NCBI GenBank assembly: GCA_951406725.2
Contig: OX597822.1
Coordinates: 65,658,001 to 65,722,000 of the forward strand
Direction of reading: 5' to 3'
DNA: 64,000 bases
Source of the DNA: Octopus vulgaris
Lineage: Eukaryota
Shown: positions 1 to 14,533 of the stretch, one piece after another
How the letters are laid out: each line of letters begins with the position of its first letter
How positions within the stretch are numbered: the first letter of the stretch is position 1
Program-made: the position numbers and the translations under genes
The notes under the pieces: generated by a model
Databases searched by the model: none
Told to the model about the DNA's origin: nothing
What the model saw: the letters and a program-made list of their open reading frames with translations, nothing else

Positions 1-1725
1 TGATCTCTACCGTTAGGAACGGTTTATAACTCATTCTCAGATTTTCCATGCGTTTCTTACAACAAAAGCGCTTAGTATTGACGGGCACAGAATTTGAAAC
101 GACTTGTGCTATGTTTGTACCACCGGACAACAAGAAACTTTCGTCTAAAGCGTAAATAGCAATGGTGTATAATAAAAGAATAAGAATGCGTTACAGGCTG
201 ACTTCTAAGGAAAGGTTTATATCCCACCTGTTCCGGATCGTGTTTCTTAGTCTTCTAAATACTAGAGTTGTTAACGCATCCCAGATTTTCAGGCAATTTC
301 ATCCATTCGGTATTATACAGCAGATAAACATATGTGAAAATTCCTACATCAGTACTATCCTCAATGATAATATATTTCCGTCAATTAATAACATAATACA
401 TTTTTCTTTTACATTTCAGCCAAATAATTCGTAGATACAATCAATTTATCAGAGACGTTACGTATGCGGATTGTGTCAGGATAACTTATATCTATGGACA
501 TGACGATAATGAGTGACAGATATTTTCGTTAAATATTTGAGTGTTCCATGAAAAACAAAAACAAAAAAAACAACAGGAAAGTGCCAAAGTAGGATGGCCA
601 CACACACCCCTTTTAAACCCGTCTATCAACTGACAATATTGACGTCTAAAGTCTCTATAATTCGTTCTGTCCTGTAGGCTATACCTATTACTGTAATAAT
701 CTGCCAGATCGCTTCGTAGTCGGCATTAAATGCAATGAAGTTGAAGAGCAAGGACACTTAATATATTTTCTAATTTGTTGATCTGTCTGGCTAAACAAAT
801 GGCATCAACTGCGCTTCGCCTAGGTTTAAAACCGAATTGATATTCCCTCCTTCACCCTTCTTTCTCCTTCTCTCTCGCTTACATTCTTCACTTTCTCTTT
901 CTCTCTCTCTCTCTCTCACTCTCTGTATGTATATATATATATATTCCACAGAAATAGCGTTCGTAATACTTTTTTTCGTTCGGCTTAACAGCCCTTTTTG
1001 TCTTGTTATTTTCCTTGTCCTGTCTTTTACTGCTTATATTTTGTACTGTCGTTACTGTCCTGTTTTTGTTACCATTTTAACCTCTCTGCAAAAAGATCTC
1101 AAATTTTATTTGCTTTGCTTTTCGCAGGAAGGAAAGTTTCTGTCGAAGATACGTCTCGCCTTCACCTTCGAAACGTAGATTAGATGAAACCATGGCGACT
1201 GAAGAAGAGGTCTTTTCCTTGTATTATTTGTCCTGTACTCTATTTTTTTGTTGTTTAAGAAAAATGTCGAGTTCCTTGGCTTTGTGTCTGTTTTCGTTTC
1301 TCATTGTGTTCGACGTTTTTGGTGTCCTGTACTCATATATACGTGCATATATACATGTAGAGGTAGGTACGTACATATATGTATATATATGTATATGTTT
1401 TATTTATTAATATATTATATATATATATACATATACATATATACATGCCTGTATAGACACACACACACATTATACTTATTTATACATATGCATAAATATA
1501 TATATGCTATACATATATGTGTATACATATATATATATATAAATGCTATATATATATATGTATATATAAAAGTATGTATACATACATATATACATACATA
1601 TACATATATACATACATATATACATACATATATATGTATATATGTATATATATATATATATATTATATATATATATATACACATATATATATACATATAT
1701 GTATACATATATATATACATATATA

Positions 1726-1756
<31 letters not shown>

Positions 1757-1786
1757 GTATATGTATATATATGTATATATATATAC

Positions 1787-1832
<46 letters not shown>

Positions 1833-1987
1833 TTATATATCTGTATATATATGTCTAAGCATACGAAACCACGCACGTACGTTCAGACGAAAAGAATAGA
1901 ACAATCAGGTACCAAAGAGAATAAAAGAGAGACACACATATACAGAGAAATTTTGCGAAGGGACGAAAGGCTGAATCAAGCCTTCAT

Positions 1988-2026
<39 letters not shown>

Positions 2027-2250
2027 TTTTCTTTCTTTTATTATGAATTTAGTTCTCGTTCGTGTTACATAATTAATTCTGTCTGAAACACAAAGTCAAC
2101 GTGAATCACAAACTTCCATTGTGTAAATGTTTCTGTTTTTCACCATCAAATTTGCTGAGTCATGCAGAAGCGAACAGAAGAAGATACAAGAAGATAAAGA
2201 ATAGTAATGACAGCAGTGGCAACACGAAAGGAATTAATGAAAATTTAGAA

Positions 2251-2302
<52 letters not shown>

Positions 2303-2483
2303 TTAATAATAATAATAATAATTATAATAATAATAATAATAATATTAATAAAAAATAATAATATTAATAATAATATTAATAAAAATAATAATAATAACGA
2401 TAATAACAATAATATTAATAATAATAATAATAGTAATAATAATAATAATAATAGTAATAGTAATAATAATAATAAAAATAATG

Positions 2484-2516
<33 letters not shown>

Positions 2517-2536
2517 TTAATAATAATAATTATTAC

Positions 2537-2588
<52 letters not shown>

Positions 2589-2626
2589 TTAATAAAAATA
2601 ATAATAATAATAATAATATTAATAAA

Positions 2627-2684
<58 letters not shown>

Positions 2685-2718
2685 GTAATAATAATATTAA
2701 TAGTAATAATAATAATAA

Positions 2719-2787
<69 letters not shown>
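2251..2787. repeat. Long imperfect (AAT)n microsatellite
   Basis: Directly visible trinucleotide array; source of the poly-I/poly-N ORFs. Confidence 0.95.
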
Positions 2788-2789
<2 letters not shown>

Positions 2790-3338
2790 TCCTGATGCAG
2801 TACCAGGCGGTGGCTGTCGTGGCTTCTGATCTTAACTGATTGGAAGTGTTATCATGTATATTGTTTTGTCTTGGTATAAAAGATGGGCTACACCAAAAAT
2901 TCTGCTCAATACCACAGATTTGCTTGTCAGTTGTTTGTTCTTAACCAGTTATGCGTGCTCCTTAGTGGCTGAGAATATGTGCATCTCTGATAATGAGCAG
3001 AAGTAATGGGGGACCATCATAGCCATATGTCGAGAGGAATTATTTGGGGTTTGGACAATTCACCTTTAGAAACATGGGTGTTTCATTCAACATCCTTAAA
3101 CAACCCTTGTTCAGGGACCTTTCGAGCGGGATGGGTTACTCAACCCGAAGAAAATTATAAGTGGGCCCCACCTGGAAGGTCAGGCACTGTTTATCTTGAT
3201 ATGAGATCACCATATCGCGCACATATGGTTGTGATGCTTGTACTTGGTGTACCCTTATCAGACGGGTAGTCATGATGGGTATACTAGGTTTCGTATATTT
3301 TACCCCAGTGTCACTTTGATGGCATGCTCTGCTCTCTC
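2788..3338 (+). mobile_element. ~550 bp non-coding interspersed repeat ending in (AAT)n, probably a retroposon 3' portion
   Basis: A second copy lies at ~56640-57160 and an inverted fragment at ~18945-19146; this copy is flanked by (AAT)n on both sides. Confidence 0.7.
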
Positions 3339-3412
<74 letters not shown>

Positions 3413-3796
3413 TAATAATAATATTAATAACGATAATAATAACGATAATAATAAATATAACAACACTATAATAATAATAACTAGATACATATATACAAGC
3501 ATGCACACAAATGCATGTATACCTACATGTGCGTTCACGCACACACATATATATATATAGGCGTAGCTGACCAGTAAGAAGCTTGCATTGCAACCTCATG
3601 GCTCCGGGTTCACTTCTAATTCGTGACCTCTTGGGCGAGTGCGTTCAAAAGTAACCGATAGAATACAAAAATTAAGAAACTACCATTTGGGCCTATACAT
3701 TCTGTTAAAAATACTCATCAAGCCAGTGCCCCACTATGACCACACCCTGGTGCCTGAGTTCAAATTCCTCGTGGAATTTATATATAATATATTTAT

Positions 3797-3836
<40 letters not shown>

Positions 3837-3849
3837 GTATAGAATATAC

Positions 3850-3921
<72 letters not shown>

Positions 3922-3949
3922 ATATATATTTAAAATTATAAATAAGATA

Positions 3950-4072
3950 GATCGCTAGCCACTATACATTCTTTATTTTCTCTCCTTGTTTCTTTCTGTG
4001 TTCTTTTCTGCGGAAACGTTAAAGACTTTTTCACTTTCCGAGCGTTATACTAATACATCTGTTTGTTGTCTT
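3950..4072 (+). mobile_element. Short repeat of the variant-HHR family, with its ribozyme stem II deleted
   Basis: Matches 62405-62605 and (reverse strand) 51955-52130, but reads ctgcggaaacgttaaag and lacks GAGCGTAGGCTC. Confidence 0.65.
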
Positions 4073-5096
4073 CAATGGATTATAAGGAATAGTTCTGCTT
4101 GTAGCTACGCATCGTCGGTCCCGCATTGCAAGAAGCATCCGTATGATACAAGGATACCACGAATCCTTACAATGTCGAATAAATGCATTTCTCTCCGACG
4201 TTACAACACAAAAACAGGAGTGAATGTCAGCAATGGGGTTTTCCTATCCTGGCTGACAAGGAACATCTTGAAAAAGATAATTTTATAAGGCAATGATATA
4301 TTTATACATTCTTTGATTTACTTCTTCATGTAACATAAAACATGATTGATTTCTGATCTGCTTGCAACTAGGATTGTCAACGGAATAGACAGGGACTCTA
4401 AATTAAAGGTTCCACAGTGGCGCAAACTGTCTCCATTTCTATTGCGAATCTGTTAATCTCTAGGAAAAAAACCTGGGAATCCTAACTGACGCAAAGTCAT
4501 CTTCTGATAATAGCTCATACAGTGGACCTGGTAATGTTCTGCTTTTGACTACGGATTCCAATGCAATCGACTTATGATTGTTAAGTTATAACACTAGTAT
4601 CAATAACTGATGATAGGAAGAGATAGTGACACAGAATAATGTAATGCTGTTATAGTATTAATATTGTTCTTATAATAAAAAACAATTTTACATTAACCCG
4701 ATTGGTTACCCTATATTTTGTAGAGTACAAATTTATTATTCTGATACAATAGTATTGTTGACAATAACTTTGAAGTTTCGGCCAGCTAAGCTATCTTCGG
4801 ATACCAAACTGGAATTTGAGGGCCACTGAAATTGCTAGATGGTCGATGAACCTACAATAGGTTCATCCGTCCTTTTGGCAGGTACTTTTATTGCCCTGCT
4901 GGGTTTCTAGCAACCTTCCTTGCCAAGCAAGCTTGGTGGAGGGCAAATTTTAGTCGCCGACTACAGAACAATGCAAAAGATTAGCAATGAGAAAAAGGAA
5001 GGAGTGATAGATGTGTGTGTGTGGCGGGGAAATACTCACACACAAACACTTCCATGCATATGCACACACCTATATGTGTATATATATGTTTATACA

Positions 5097-5214
<118 letters not shown>

Positions 5215-5241
5215 TGAAAACATATAATAATAATTATAATA

Positions 5242-5346
<105 letters not shown>

Positions 5347-6718
5347 GATCTAGGATGCATCACCCGATCTAGGATGCATCACCCAAAATCTGACATAGAA
5401 AGACTATATATACAACCTATAGAAGGTGGTAGAGGCCTTATACAACTGGAAAACTACTATAAAATAACCACCATAGGACTGCAAAAATATCTACTTCAAA
5501 AGGAAGGAAAACTGATACAAATAGCGGCAAAACACGAGCAAAACAAAAAACTGTTCTCAGTATTTAAGGAAGCTGACAAATACAAACAAGAAATCATACC
5601 ACCTAATAAATATGAAGAAGAAGAAGAAGAAGAAGAAGAAGAAGAAGAAGAAGAAGAAGAAGAAGAAGAGGAGGAGGAGGAAGAAGAAGAAGAAGAAGAA
5701 GAAGAAGAAGAAGAAGAAGAAGAAGAAGAAGAAGAAGAAGAAGAAGAAGAAGAAGAAGAAGAAGAAGAAGAAGAAGAAGAAGAAGAAGAAGAAACAACGA
5801 AAGCTATAAAACAAATGAAATCCAAACTAAAACTAGAACAGCAACAGACCATGATATAACGATGGCAAGAAAAACCGCTTCATGGCAAATCCTGGACTAA
5901 ACTAAATGCAAAAGAAATAGACAAAGAAAAATCCCAACAATTGTTGAGAAGCTCAGGACTCAAAGCAGAGACAGGGATTTTTAATTGCAGCACAAGACCA
6001 AAGCCTCCCCACCAGAAATTACCAAAAACATGTAATGAAAAGAAAGATAACAAGTAACTGCAGAATATGTGGAGATGGACAAGAAACAATAAATCATATT
6101 ATCTCTAGCTGCCCAGTCCTGGCTAAGAAGGAATATATTCACAGACATGACAGAGTTGGAACCTAGATACATTGGAAGCTATGCCAACATTATGGAATAA
6201 CAACAGAAAAAAGATGGTATAGGCACACACCAGAAAAGGTCACAGAAAACGAGAAAGCAACCATACTCTGCGATATGCCGATACACACAGATAGAGAAAT
6301 TAAGGCCAACAGACCAGATATAGTTGTCAGAGATCATGAAGAAAAATAATGCTTTCTAATTGATGTATCAATACCGGCAGATGACAACGTGTCTCTAAAA
6401 GAAATGGAGAAACTCTCAAAATACAAATACCTGGAAAATAGAGGTAACCAGAATGTGGAATCTAAAAGCAGAAACAATTCCTATCATAGTAGGTGCATTA
6501 GGCATGATAAAAAAATATTCAGACAAATACATAACAAAAACACCAGGACTTACAAACACATATAACATACAGAAAATTGCACTACTAGGCACTGCACACA
6601 TCCTACGCAGAACACTTTCCATACAATAACCATCAGAGCATCACAACAAATCACAGCACATACCTAAGGCACACAGAGCTCGGTAGTGAAGTGAAAGCAC
6701 GCTATAAAAATAAAACTA

Positions 6719-6722
<4 letters not shown>
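5347..6722 (+). mobile_element. 5'-truncated R4/Dong-type non-LTR retrotransposon (RT C-terminus, CCHC knuckle, restriction-like endonuclease), pseudogenised
   Basis: Translation gives [59 protein letters not shown] and KIALLGTAHILRR. There is a stop at 5857-5859 plus frameshifts; (AAT)n lies on both flanks. Confidence 0.9.
5614..5793 (+). repeat. (GAA)n expansion inside the retrotransposon ORF (in-frame poly-E)
   Basis: Visible in the sequence and in ORF 5374-5859. Confidence 0.95.
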
Positions 6723-6770
<48 letters not shown>

Positions 6771-6772
<2 letters not shown>

Positions 6773-6847
6773 TTGAGGGAATATTATTCCTAAACTTACA
6801 GGGAACAATTCAATTTAGAAATACTAAATCAAATTTCACAATATGTA

Positions 6848-6880
<33 letters not shown>

Positions 6881-6881
6881 A

Positions 6882-6929
<48 letters not shown>

Positions 6930-7260
6930 TGATAGAAATGGTAAGACAACAAAAGAATGAAAGAGATCTCGATATTATGTAAACAGAGGAATTTATCTGT
7001 AAATATAATAGGTGACGATTATTCGGTAGCCATGATAAAACTCCGAGTTTCGGATGTCGGGGTGGAAGCCCACGCCGCTATCTCTTCAGTTATCGGGCCA
7101 TCGAAAAAAATGCTTGTTCAACGGGCATTTTCATAGCATATTTGTTTTTTTCGATTGCCTGATAACTAAAGAGACAGCGGTGTGGGTTTCCGCCCCGACA
7201 TCCGAAACTCGGAGTTTTATCATGGCTACCGAATAATTGTCACATATTATATTTATAGAT
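6771..7260. mobile_element. Palindromic PLE pLTR-like element with two inverted HHR copies
   Basis: Arms ~6995-7114 and ~7137-7260 are reverse complements; the left side carries an extra terminal extension; microsatellite flanks. Confidence 0.75.
7034..7094 (-). ncRNA. Type I hammerhead ribozyme, minimal stem III
   Basis: Minus strand reads GATAA-CTGAAGA-(stem II GAT..CGG..GTGG GCTT CCAC..CCG..ATC)C-GAAA-CTCGGAG-TT-TTATC. The plus-strand twin at 7161-7221 has a mutated core (CTAAAGA). Confidence 0.7.
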
Positions 7261-7278
7261 TGATATATATATATATAC

Positions 7279-7325
<47 letters not shown>

Positions 7326-8851
7326 TATACATATAATGCATGTATCTATCCACACACTTATATTTCGGAGCATTTGTATAGTGAATGTGTGAGTGTATTT
7401 GTGCTGTGCGAGCATGAATTACTATTTAATGAGTATGCTAGTAATCCTTGAGCCGTGTGCAATATTCGAATCAGGGTTACAGTATACAGTTTCGCTTACT
7501 TGCCGTCACTAGTTATTATTTCCCCGAAATTCATATATTTTGTATAAACAGCTGAATTTTTTTCTTAGTAGTGCAAAGTATTCTACAATTTATTGCTGCT
7601 CTTCCATAGCTATTTAATAAATTCTGCCCTTTTATGTAAATTTATACAGATTTTACTATAAGCGATTTAGGCAAATCTATCACTTGCAAAACTGTGGTTA
7701 CTACAATTTTACAATCATTTCTCCTGTTCACAGAATTAGGATATGAGGAAAAACTTACGAGACCTTGCACAATGTTTAGAATATTATATATAGCAGGTTC
7801 GTGACAAATAATAACATAAGACATAAAGAAATACATATACGCGTTTGTGTATATATATATATGTACGTACATGTGTGGTTGTGTGAAAACGTGTGTGTGT
7901 CTATGTGAATATAATTCTCCCAATGGAAATACGCATGACTGTTTTGTATTTTGTGTTGATAAATCTATTTATTCACTTTGCCAATCTAGTGAAGATATAA
8001 GAACATCAAACTTACGACGTAAAGGAAGAAAAACAGAACAAATTTGCGTTCGTTTTCAAGCTGGATTTTTTTTATTGCTCGCTAGCATGCATATATAATA
8101 TCAGCTGTCTTTATACATATTTCCTACAAGCGTATGTTACATATCTGCTCATGGTGATGTGCAAATATCAAGAAGAGACAATAACCTAACACAGTTTTAT
8201 TCATTTATACAATGCATTCATAAATATATTTAAATACGAGACTCCACTCTTGTTTTGTTTGAGATCCCCAAAATGTGAATAAAATCAAACAACGTTACTT
8301 ATACGAAGAAATATCATCGAAATACATGGCAAACATTCACACAAATAGGAAGATATGCAAACATGGTACACGCAGTCAAGCATATACATACGTTTACAAA
8401 TATTGTATATCCATAATCCAAAGAATTTAATGATATGTTTATACGTACATACGTCAATATGGCACGAAAATGTATAAATGTTTACAACTCACACGCACAT
8501 CTACAAATATACATACACATACACACAAACACATGCGTATACTGACATAAACACAGAAACACATAGGCACACACACACCACATACATACACACACTCGTA
8601 TATCTCAATGTATGCAAATTATTTTAAATTATTTATACTAAGGATCTAACACCGTGGTAGTTTAATGGGGCGTATGCTATAAGGGAGATTGGAATCGCAT
8701 GATATAAATTTTGCTCACATTTCCGGATGTTTGGCTAGTTAGACACGAACGTGAAAACATTTAGATTTCCGCCTTTTAAAATTCTAAAATAAATTTTTGG
8801 GAAAATATATATGTATGTGTGTGTGTGTGCGTGTGTATGCATGAGTGTGTA

Positions 8852-8913
<62 letters not shown>

Positions 8914-8918
8914 CATAT

Positions 8919-9009
<91 letters not shown>

Positions 9010-9113
9010 TATATATGTATGTACGAGAGAAATATGTAATGCATGAAGGAATACTAAACTATAATGAAATAAAAATACCATAAAGATCATGTTTCCATTC
9101 ACACATAACTATA

Positions 9114-9168
<55 letters not shown>

Positions 9169-9204
9169 ATATATATGTATGTATGTATGTATACACACAC
9201 ACGT

Positions 9205-9257
<53 letters not shown>

Positions 9258-9541
9258 CATATATACACTGGTACACACACACCTGTATATATATATACAC
9301 ACACAAGCAGACATACACACACATGTAACTGCATTTTGTATGCACAAGGTCAGCAAAATCATGCGGGGGCACACTTGATTGCATCAATGTAAGTCCTCGA
9401 CTTCTAGTTATCGATTTTTGCAGGATAACAACCATGATGACTTCAATTGGATTTGAACTCAGAACGTAGGGAAGTGGAACAAATGTCGTAAATCATTTAC
9501 GCTGACTTGTTAAAGGTTCTTCCAATCTACTGCCATTTCTA

Positions 9542-9846
9542 TGGAGACACATGGCCTAGTGGTTAGAGTAGCAGACTCGCAGTTGAGGGATCGCGGGTTC
9601 GAATCTCATACCAGGCGATGTGTTTGTTTATGAGCGAAACACCTAAGCTCCACGCGGCTCCTGCAGAAGGTAATGGCGAACTTCTGCTGACTCTATCGCC
9701 ACAACTTTCTCTCAATCTTTGCTCTTGCAGCTCACCTGCGATGGACTAGCGTCCCGTCCAGGTGGGGAGCCTATACACCTAGGAAACCGGGAAACCGGCC
9801 CTAATGAGCCAGGCGTGGCTCGAGAAGGAACAAACAAAAAAAAACA
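9542..9846 (+). mobile_element. tRNA-derived SINE with a 13-bp TSD
   Basis: Box A (tggcctagtgg) and box B (ggttcgaatc); TSD actgccatttcta at 9529-9541 and 9847-9859. Confidence 0.85.
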
Positions 9847-10660
9847 ACTGCCATTTCTAATGATACTCTACTATCGTTTGTGTAAAATTTAAAATGGTTG
9901 CGGGAAACATTTTCCTCTTGAACAAAAATCTATTCTGTCATAGATTTGACCGCCAGCTGCTGGTCTTATGTAGCCTTTTGAAAATTACGCACAAGAAGCA
10001 GAATGTCTTGCTGAGGTCACCCTGTGTCACCTGATCTGAAAGAACTTCTGGTACTTACACGGGTAGAAAACCAGACATTTTGAATTGAAGGGCACTCAAT
10101 TATGTTTACCCCATACAACTATAACTGGTATCTTAGTTTATAGATAAGACATTTAGAATGGATCACCCAAAGAGATTTTATTGACGTACAGTATCGCTCC
10201 GATTCATCTTCATTTATACCTGCTCTCACCATGGAGAGAATTTTCCTTCACAATTAGACAAAACATACGTAACGGTGGAGCTAAAACAATTAAGCGCGGA
10301 TCTCACTTTTTTACTCAATGAATGTAAATACCCCAGAGTGATCTTGGTGTCCATTAACGTCACTTGAGAATAGATATATGTTGAAGCTTATAAGTGTGCA
10401 GGACAATAGAATCTGCTGAACTATTACATACAGAATTACTGGATTATATTGTAGAGCATATCGATCTTTCTGAATTACTTACGCACTTAATAATAATGGG
10501 ATGTAGAAGCTGTGACTCCTTGTATAGTTAAAGAGCATAATGGGTTGATCATGAAATCCAACAAAGGGCTGGAGCTAGTCTGTCTACCCCTCATTTCTGT
10601 CCATGGAAACTAGTTCGTTACGTGTTTCTATTCACAGAGTAATGATTAAAATCTACAGAT

Positions 10661-10990
10661 AGGCGCAGGACTGTGTGGGTAGGTGCAGGAGTATCTGTGT
10701 GGTAAGTAGCTTGCTCCCCAACCACACGGTTCCGAATTCAGTCCCACTGCGTGGCACCTTGGGCTAGTGTCTTCTACTATAGCCTCGGGCCGTCCAAAGC
10801 CTTGTGAGTGGATTTGGTAGACGGAAACTGAAAGAACCCCGTCGTATATATGTATATGTATATATGTATATGTATGTGTTTACTAGACTTACAAAGAATA
10901 AGTCGTGGGGTCGAGTGGCTCGACTAAAGGTGGTGCTCCAGCATGGCCGCAGTGAAATGACTTAAACAAGTAAAAGAGAGTAAAAAGAGT
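10661..10990 (+). mobile_element. tRNA-derived SINE (family starting aggcgcaggagtggctgtgtggtaag)
   Basis: Same head and tail as the copies at 12842, 43390, 48950 and 51735. Confidence 0.8.
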
Positions 10991-11559
10991 ATTCCTTAAT
11001 GGCATATTATTATATAGTACAGTACAGTAATAAATTAAAGCACTCTCAACGCTTCAGTACTTATCTGAAACCTACAAACTTCACATGTATTATTTATATA
11101 AATAACACATAGATACATCTTCAGGTACTTTGTTATAGTACATACATCCATATTCGCACCTATGAGAGAAATGTTCCTTCCAACAGCATGTACACTGTAC
11201 ATAATAACATATTGAGATATTCTGTAAATGTTACGTCTTTATTCCTCTTGTTAATAGTACATAGATACACCTCTTAAAACGTAGAGAGGGGAATATTTTA
11301 TTGATAATGATTTCTGAAATTCATACTTGAGTTGTACATATGTAAAGAAGAGTTCACACTTTCGGTGATCTCAGTAATAGGTAGATTTTGTATATTCTAT
11401 CCATTTAGGTTGGATAAAACCTGATAGTGACAGTTTGGCACTTAAAATTAAGAGGAACATGCATAATGAAGTGTTACATAAGACTTAACACGAAGTACCG
11501 TATAGGATATATACATGAATGACATTGGAGCTATTTGACTAACTTAAAGAATATTTTCT

Positions 11560-11688
11560 ATCGCTGAGTCGACTGGAGCAAAGCAAAATGACCTGTTTTG
11601 CTCAAGGATCACCCGGTCCAGGGATCAAAACCGCCATCTTACAGTCGTTAATGCAACACCTTAACCATAAAATCGACGAGCCTCCATT
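11560..11688 (-). mobile_element. tRNA-derived SINE fragment
   Basis: Reverse complement of 13540-13680. Confidence 0.7.
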
Positions 11689-11712
11689 AGTATCTAGAAA
11701 TACATTACAGAT

Positions 11713-12041
11713 GAGAACCCTTTCCGCCATGATGGACCATGGGATTGCACCTAGAAAGTTACGCTCCCAGGCACTAGTCGGGGCAAGTTTGTTTATGTAA
11801 GTGGCCCATGCATACAAGCCTACCATCTCCACGCCACCAGTGTTATCCAAGGGAAAGGCAAAGGAGGTGATACAGCTTGGCATCTGTGACGTCGCAACTC
11901 ATTTCTATAGCTGAGTGAATTGAGCAACGTGAACTAAAGTGTCTTGCTCAAGAACACAACACGCAGCCCGGTTTGGGATTCGAACTCACAACCTCACGAT
12001 CGGAAGCTCGATGCTCTAACAACTGAGCCATTCGCCTTCAC
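11713..12041 (-). mobile_element. tRNA-derived SINE with an 11-bp TSD
   Basis: Head gtgaaggcgaatggctcagttgttagagc..gagttcgaatccc on the minus strand; TSD acattacagat at 11702-11712 and 12042-12052; same family as 24646-24980. Confidence 0.85.
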
Positions 12042-12176
12042 ACATTACAGATATTATAGATATTATAAAATCAAATGATTCTAATAGTCCAGATTACAAC
12101 CGATGTTTCAACAAATAGCAAACCCAGCAAGACTAGCAACAGTGGCAGCAGCAGCAACAGCAGCAACAGCGGCAGC

Positions 12177-12225
<49 letters not shown>

Positions 12226-12841
12226 ATAATAATAATAATAATAATTATTATTATTATTTTATCGATACTGGAATTATCAAACACAAATTTGATTGTAATA
12301 TGATCTATGAAGACAGAATGTACAAGAATACACACAATTGCCCCGATGATCAAATGATTCTAATAAAACAGATTACAACCGATATTTCAACAAATAGCAA
12401 ACCCATCAAGAGCAGCGGCAGCAGCAGTAGTAGTAGTAGTACTAGCAGTAGTAGTAGTAGTAGTAGTAGTAGAATGAGGAATGTATAAGATTTCGTTTAA
12501 GAATAAAATCAACAAAAAATGACTGGAATAATAGCGACGAATCAACAAATTACCAAGCGAACTTTCATTACATTTAACAGCCAGGGTTCTCTCAGATGCC
12601 AGCCTTCAGTTTTAAATAAGAAAAAAAAAAAAACTATCTGGATAATCTAGTTTTTGACTTAAAATGAATATGAAGTTGACTTCGATTTGAAAGTCTGAAG
12701 CGAGAAGTTAATACAATTAGTATTGTCCTGCGGGTTAAGCAATATCATTATCAATAGCCACGGCAACAAAAACAACAACAATCACAAAGCACAATGTACA
12801 TGTAGTTACGCTAGTAATAGCAGTTAAATCGTAATTACCGT

Positions 12842-13011
12842 AGGCGTAGGATTGGCTGTGTGGTAAGTAGCTTGCTTACCAACCACATGGTTCCGGGTTC
12901 AGTTCCACTACGTGGCACATTGGGCCAGTGTCTTCTACTATAGTCTCGGACCGCCCAAATCCTTGTGAGTGGATTTGGTAGACGGAAACTGAAAAGAGCC
13001 CATCATATATA

Positions 13012-13072
<61 letters not shown>

Positions 13073-13295
13073 TTGTGTGAAAGAAGCCCGTGTGTTTGTG
13101 TGTTTGTGCATCTGTGTTTGTCATCCCAACCGATGCCGGTGTGTTTACGTCGCCGTAACTTAGCGGTTCGGCAAAAGAGACCGATAGAATAGGCACTAGG
13201 CATACAAAGAATAAGTCCTGGGGTCGATTTGCTCGACTAAAGGCGGTGCTATTCTAGCATGGCCACAGTCAAATGACTGAAACAAGTAAAAGAGT
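12842..13295 (+). mobile_element. tRNA-derived SINE with internal (TG)n
   Basis: A/B-box head, central microsatellite and tail aaatgactgaaacaagtaaaagag. Confidence 0.85.
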
Positions 13296-13539
13296 ATTTT
13301 AACTTGTATAAGCAACCATTTTTGTCAAAAATTAGGTTAAAAAATATGGGAGTTTCTTATAACTGGCTAGTATTTTAATCGCTTGCCAAACACTTTGGCC
13401 AAATTTTAAGGCCCCAAAATTATAGGTCTCCTTATACAAGAAGGGACGTCATACACATTGAAATACGGTAAATCATATCTGAGAGTTTTAAATTGTGAGA
13501 ACACATTCTATAATATCTGTAATGTATTTCTAGATACTA

Positions 13540-13680
13540 ATGGAGGCTCGTTGCTTAATGGTTAAGGTGTTGGATTAACGACTGTAAGATTGTAGTTTCG
13601 ATCCCTGGACCGGGCGATCCGTTATGGCCTTGAGCAAAACACGTCATTTCACGTTGCTCCAGTCGAGTCAGCGATAGAAA
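13540..13680 (+). mobile_element. tRNA-derived SINE fragment
   Basis: ttgcttaatggttaagg..gtttcgatccc boxes. Confidence 0.7.
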
Positions 13681-13933
13681 TGAATTTACCCTGGAGGGGG
13701 GGATGGGCTCCGCCAAGCTTTCTCAGTGACCCCAGAGGGTTAAAGGACCTGTCATTGTCAATTTAAAGATGTACTATGTTTAAAAAGTAAAAAAGGATGT
13801 TGAGGTAGTGATGGATATCTTGTCTTAGCTCACTTCAATCAGGACTAAGCTTGTATTAAACAACAACAATAACAACGATACTGTTTTCTAGCTAAGGCTA
13901 GATTACTACCTGATTGTTTTATAATTATCATCA

Positions 13934-14046
<113 letters not shown>

Positions 14047-14216
14047 TTATCGATACTGGAATTATCAAACACAAATTTGATTGTAATAGGATCTATCAAG
14101 ACAGAATGTACAAGAATACACACAATTGCCCCGATGATCAAATGATTCTAATCGAACAGATTACAACCGATATTTCAACAAATAGCAAACCCATCAAGAG
14201 CAGCAGCAGCAGTAGT

Positions 14217-14533
14217 GGGGGATGGAAGCACTCCGTCGGTTACAACGACGAGGGTTCCGGTTGATCCGATCAACGGAACAGCCTGCTCGTGAAATTAACG
14301 TGTACCCTTAACGTAGTTCTCGGGGATATTCAGCGTGACAGAAACAGAAAGTAAGAATGAGAGAAAGTTTGGTGAAAGAGTACAGCAGGGATCACCACCA
14401 TCCCTGCCAGAGCCTCGTGGAGCTTTTAGGTGTTTTCGCTCAATAAACACTCACAACGCCCGGTCTGGGAATCGAAACCGCGATCCTACGACCGCGAGTC
14501 CGCTGCCTTAATCACTGGGCCATTGCGCCTCCA
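14217..14533 (-). mobile_element. tRNA-derived SINE inserted in an (AGT)n tract
   Basis: Head ggaggcgcaatggcccagtg..ggtttcgattccc on the minus strand; absent from the paralogous segment at 12245-12513. Confidence 0.85.

Noticed and set aside
1160-1212. GAAACGTA..CTGAAGA arrangement suggesting a type II hammerhead
   Set aside because: Stems I and II cannot be formed convincingly.
4762-4805. HHR-like motif on the minus strand (CCGAAGA..GGCC GAAA CTTCAAAG TT)
   Set aside because: Stem I pairs poorly and the core is altered; at best a decayed copy.
9960-10460. Faint resemblance to a Gypsy RT/RNase H junction
   Set aside because: Too degenerate to support by eye.
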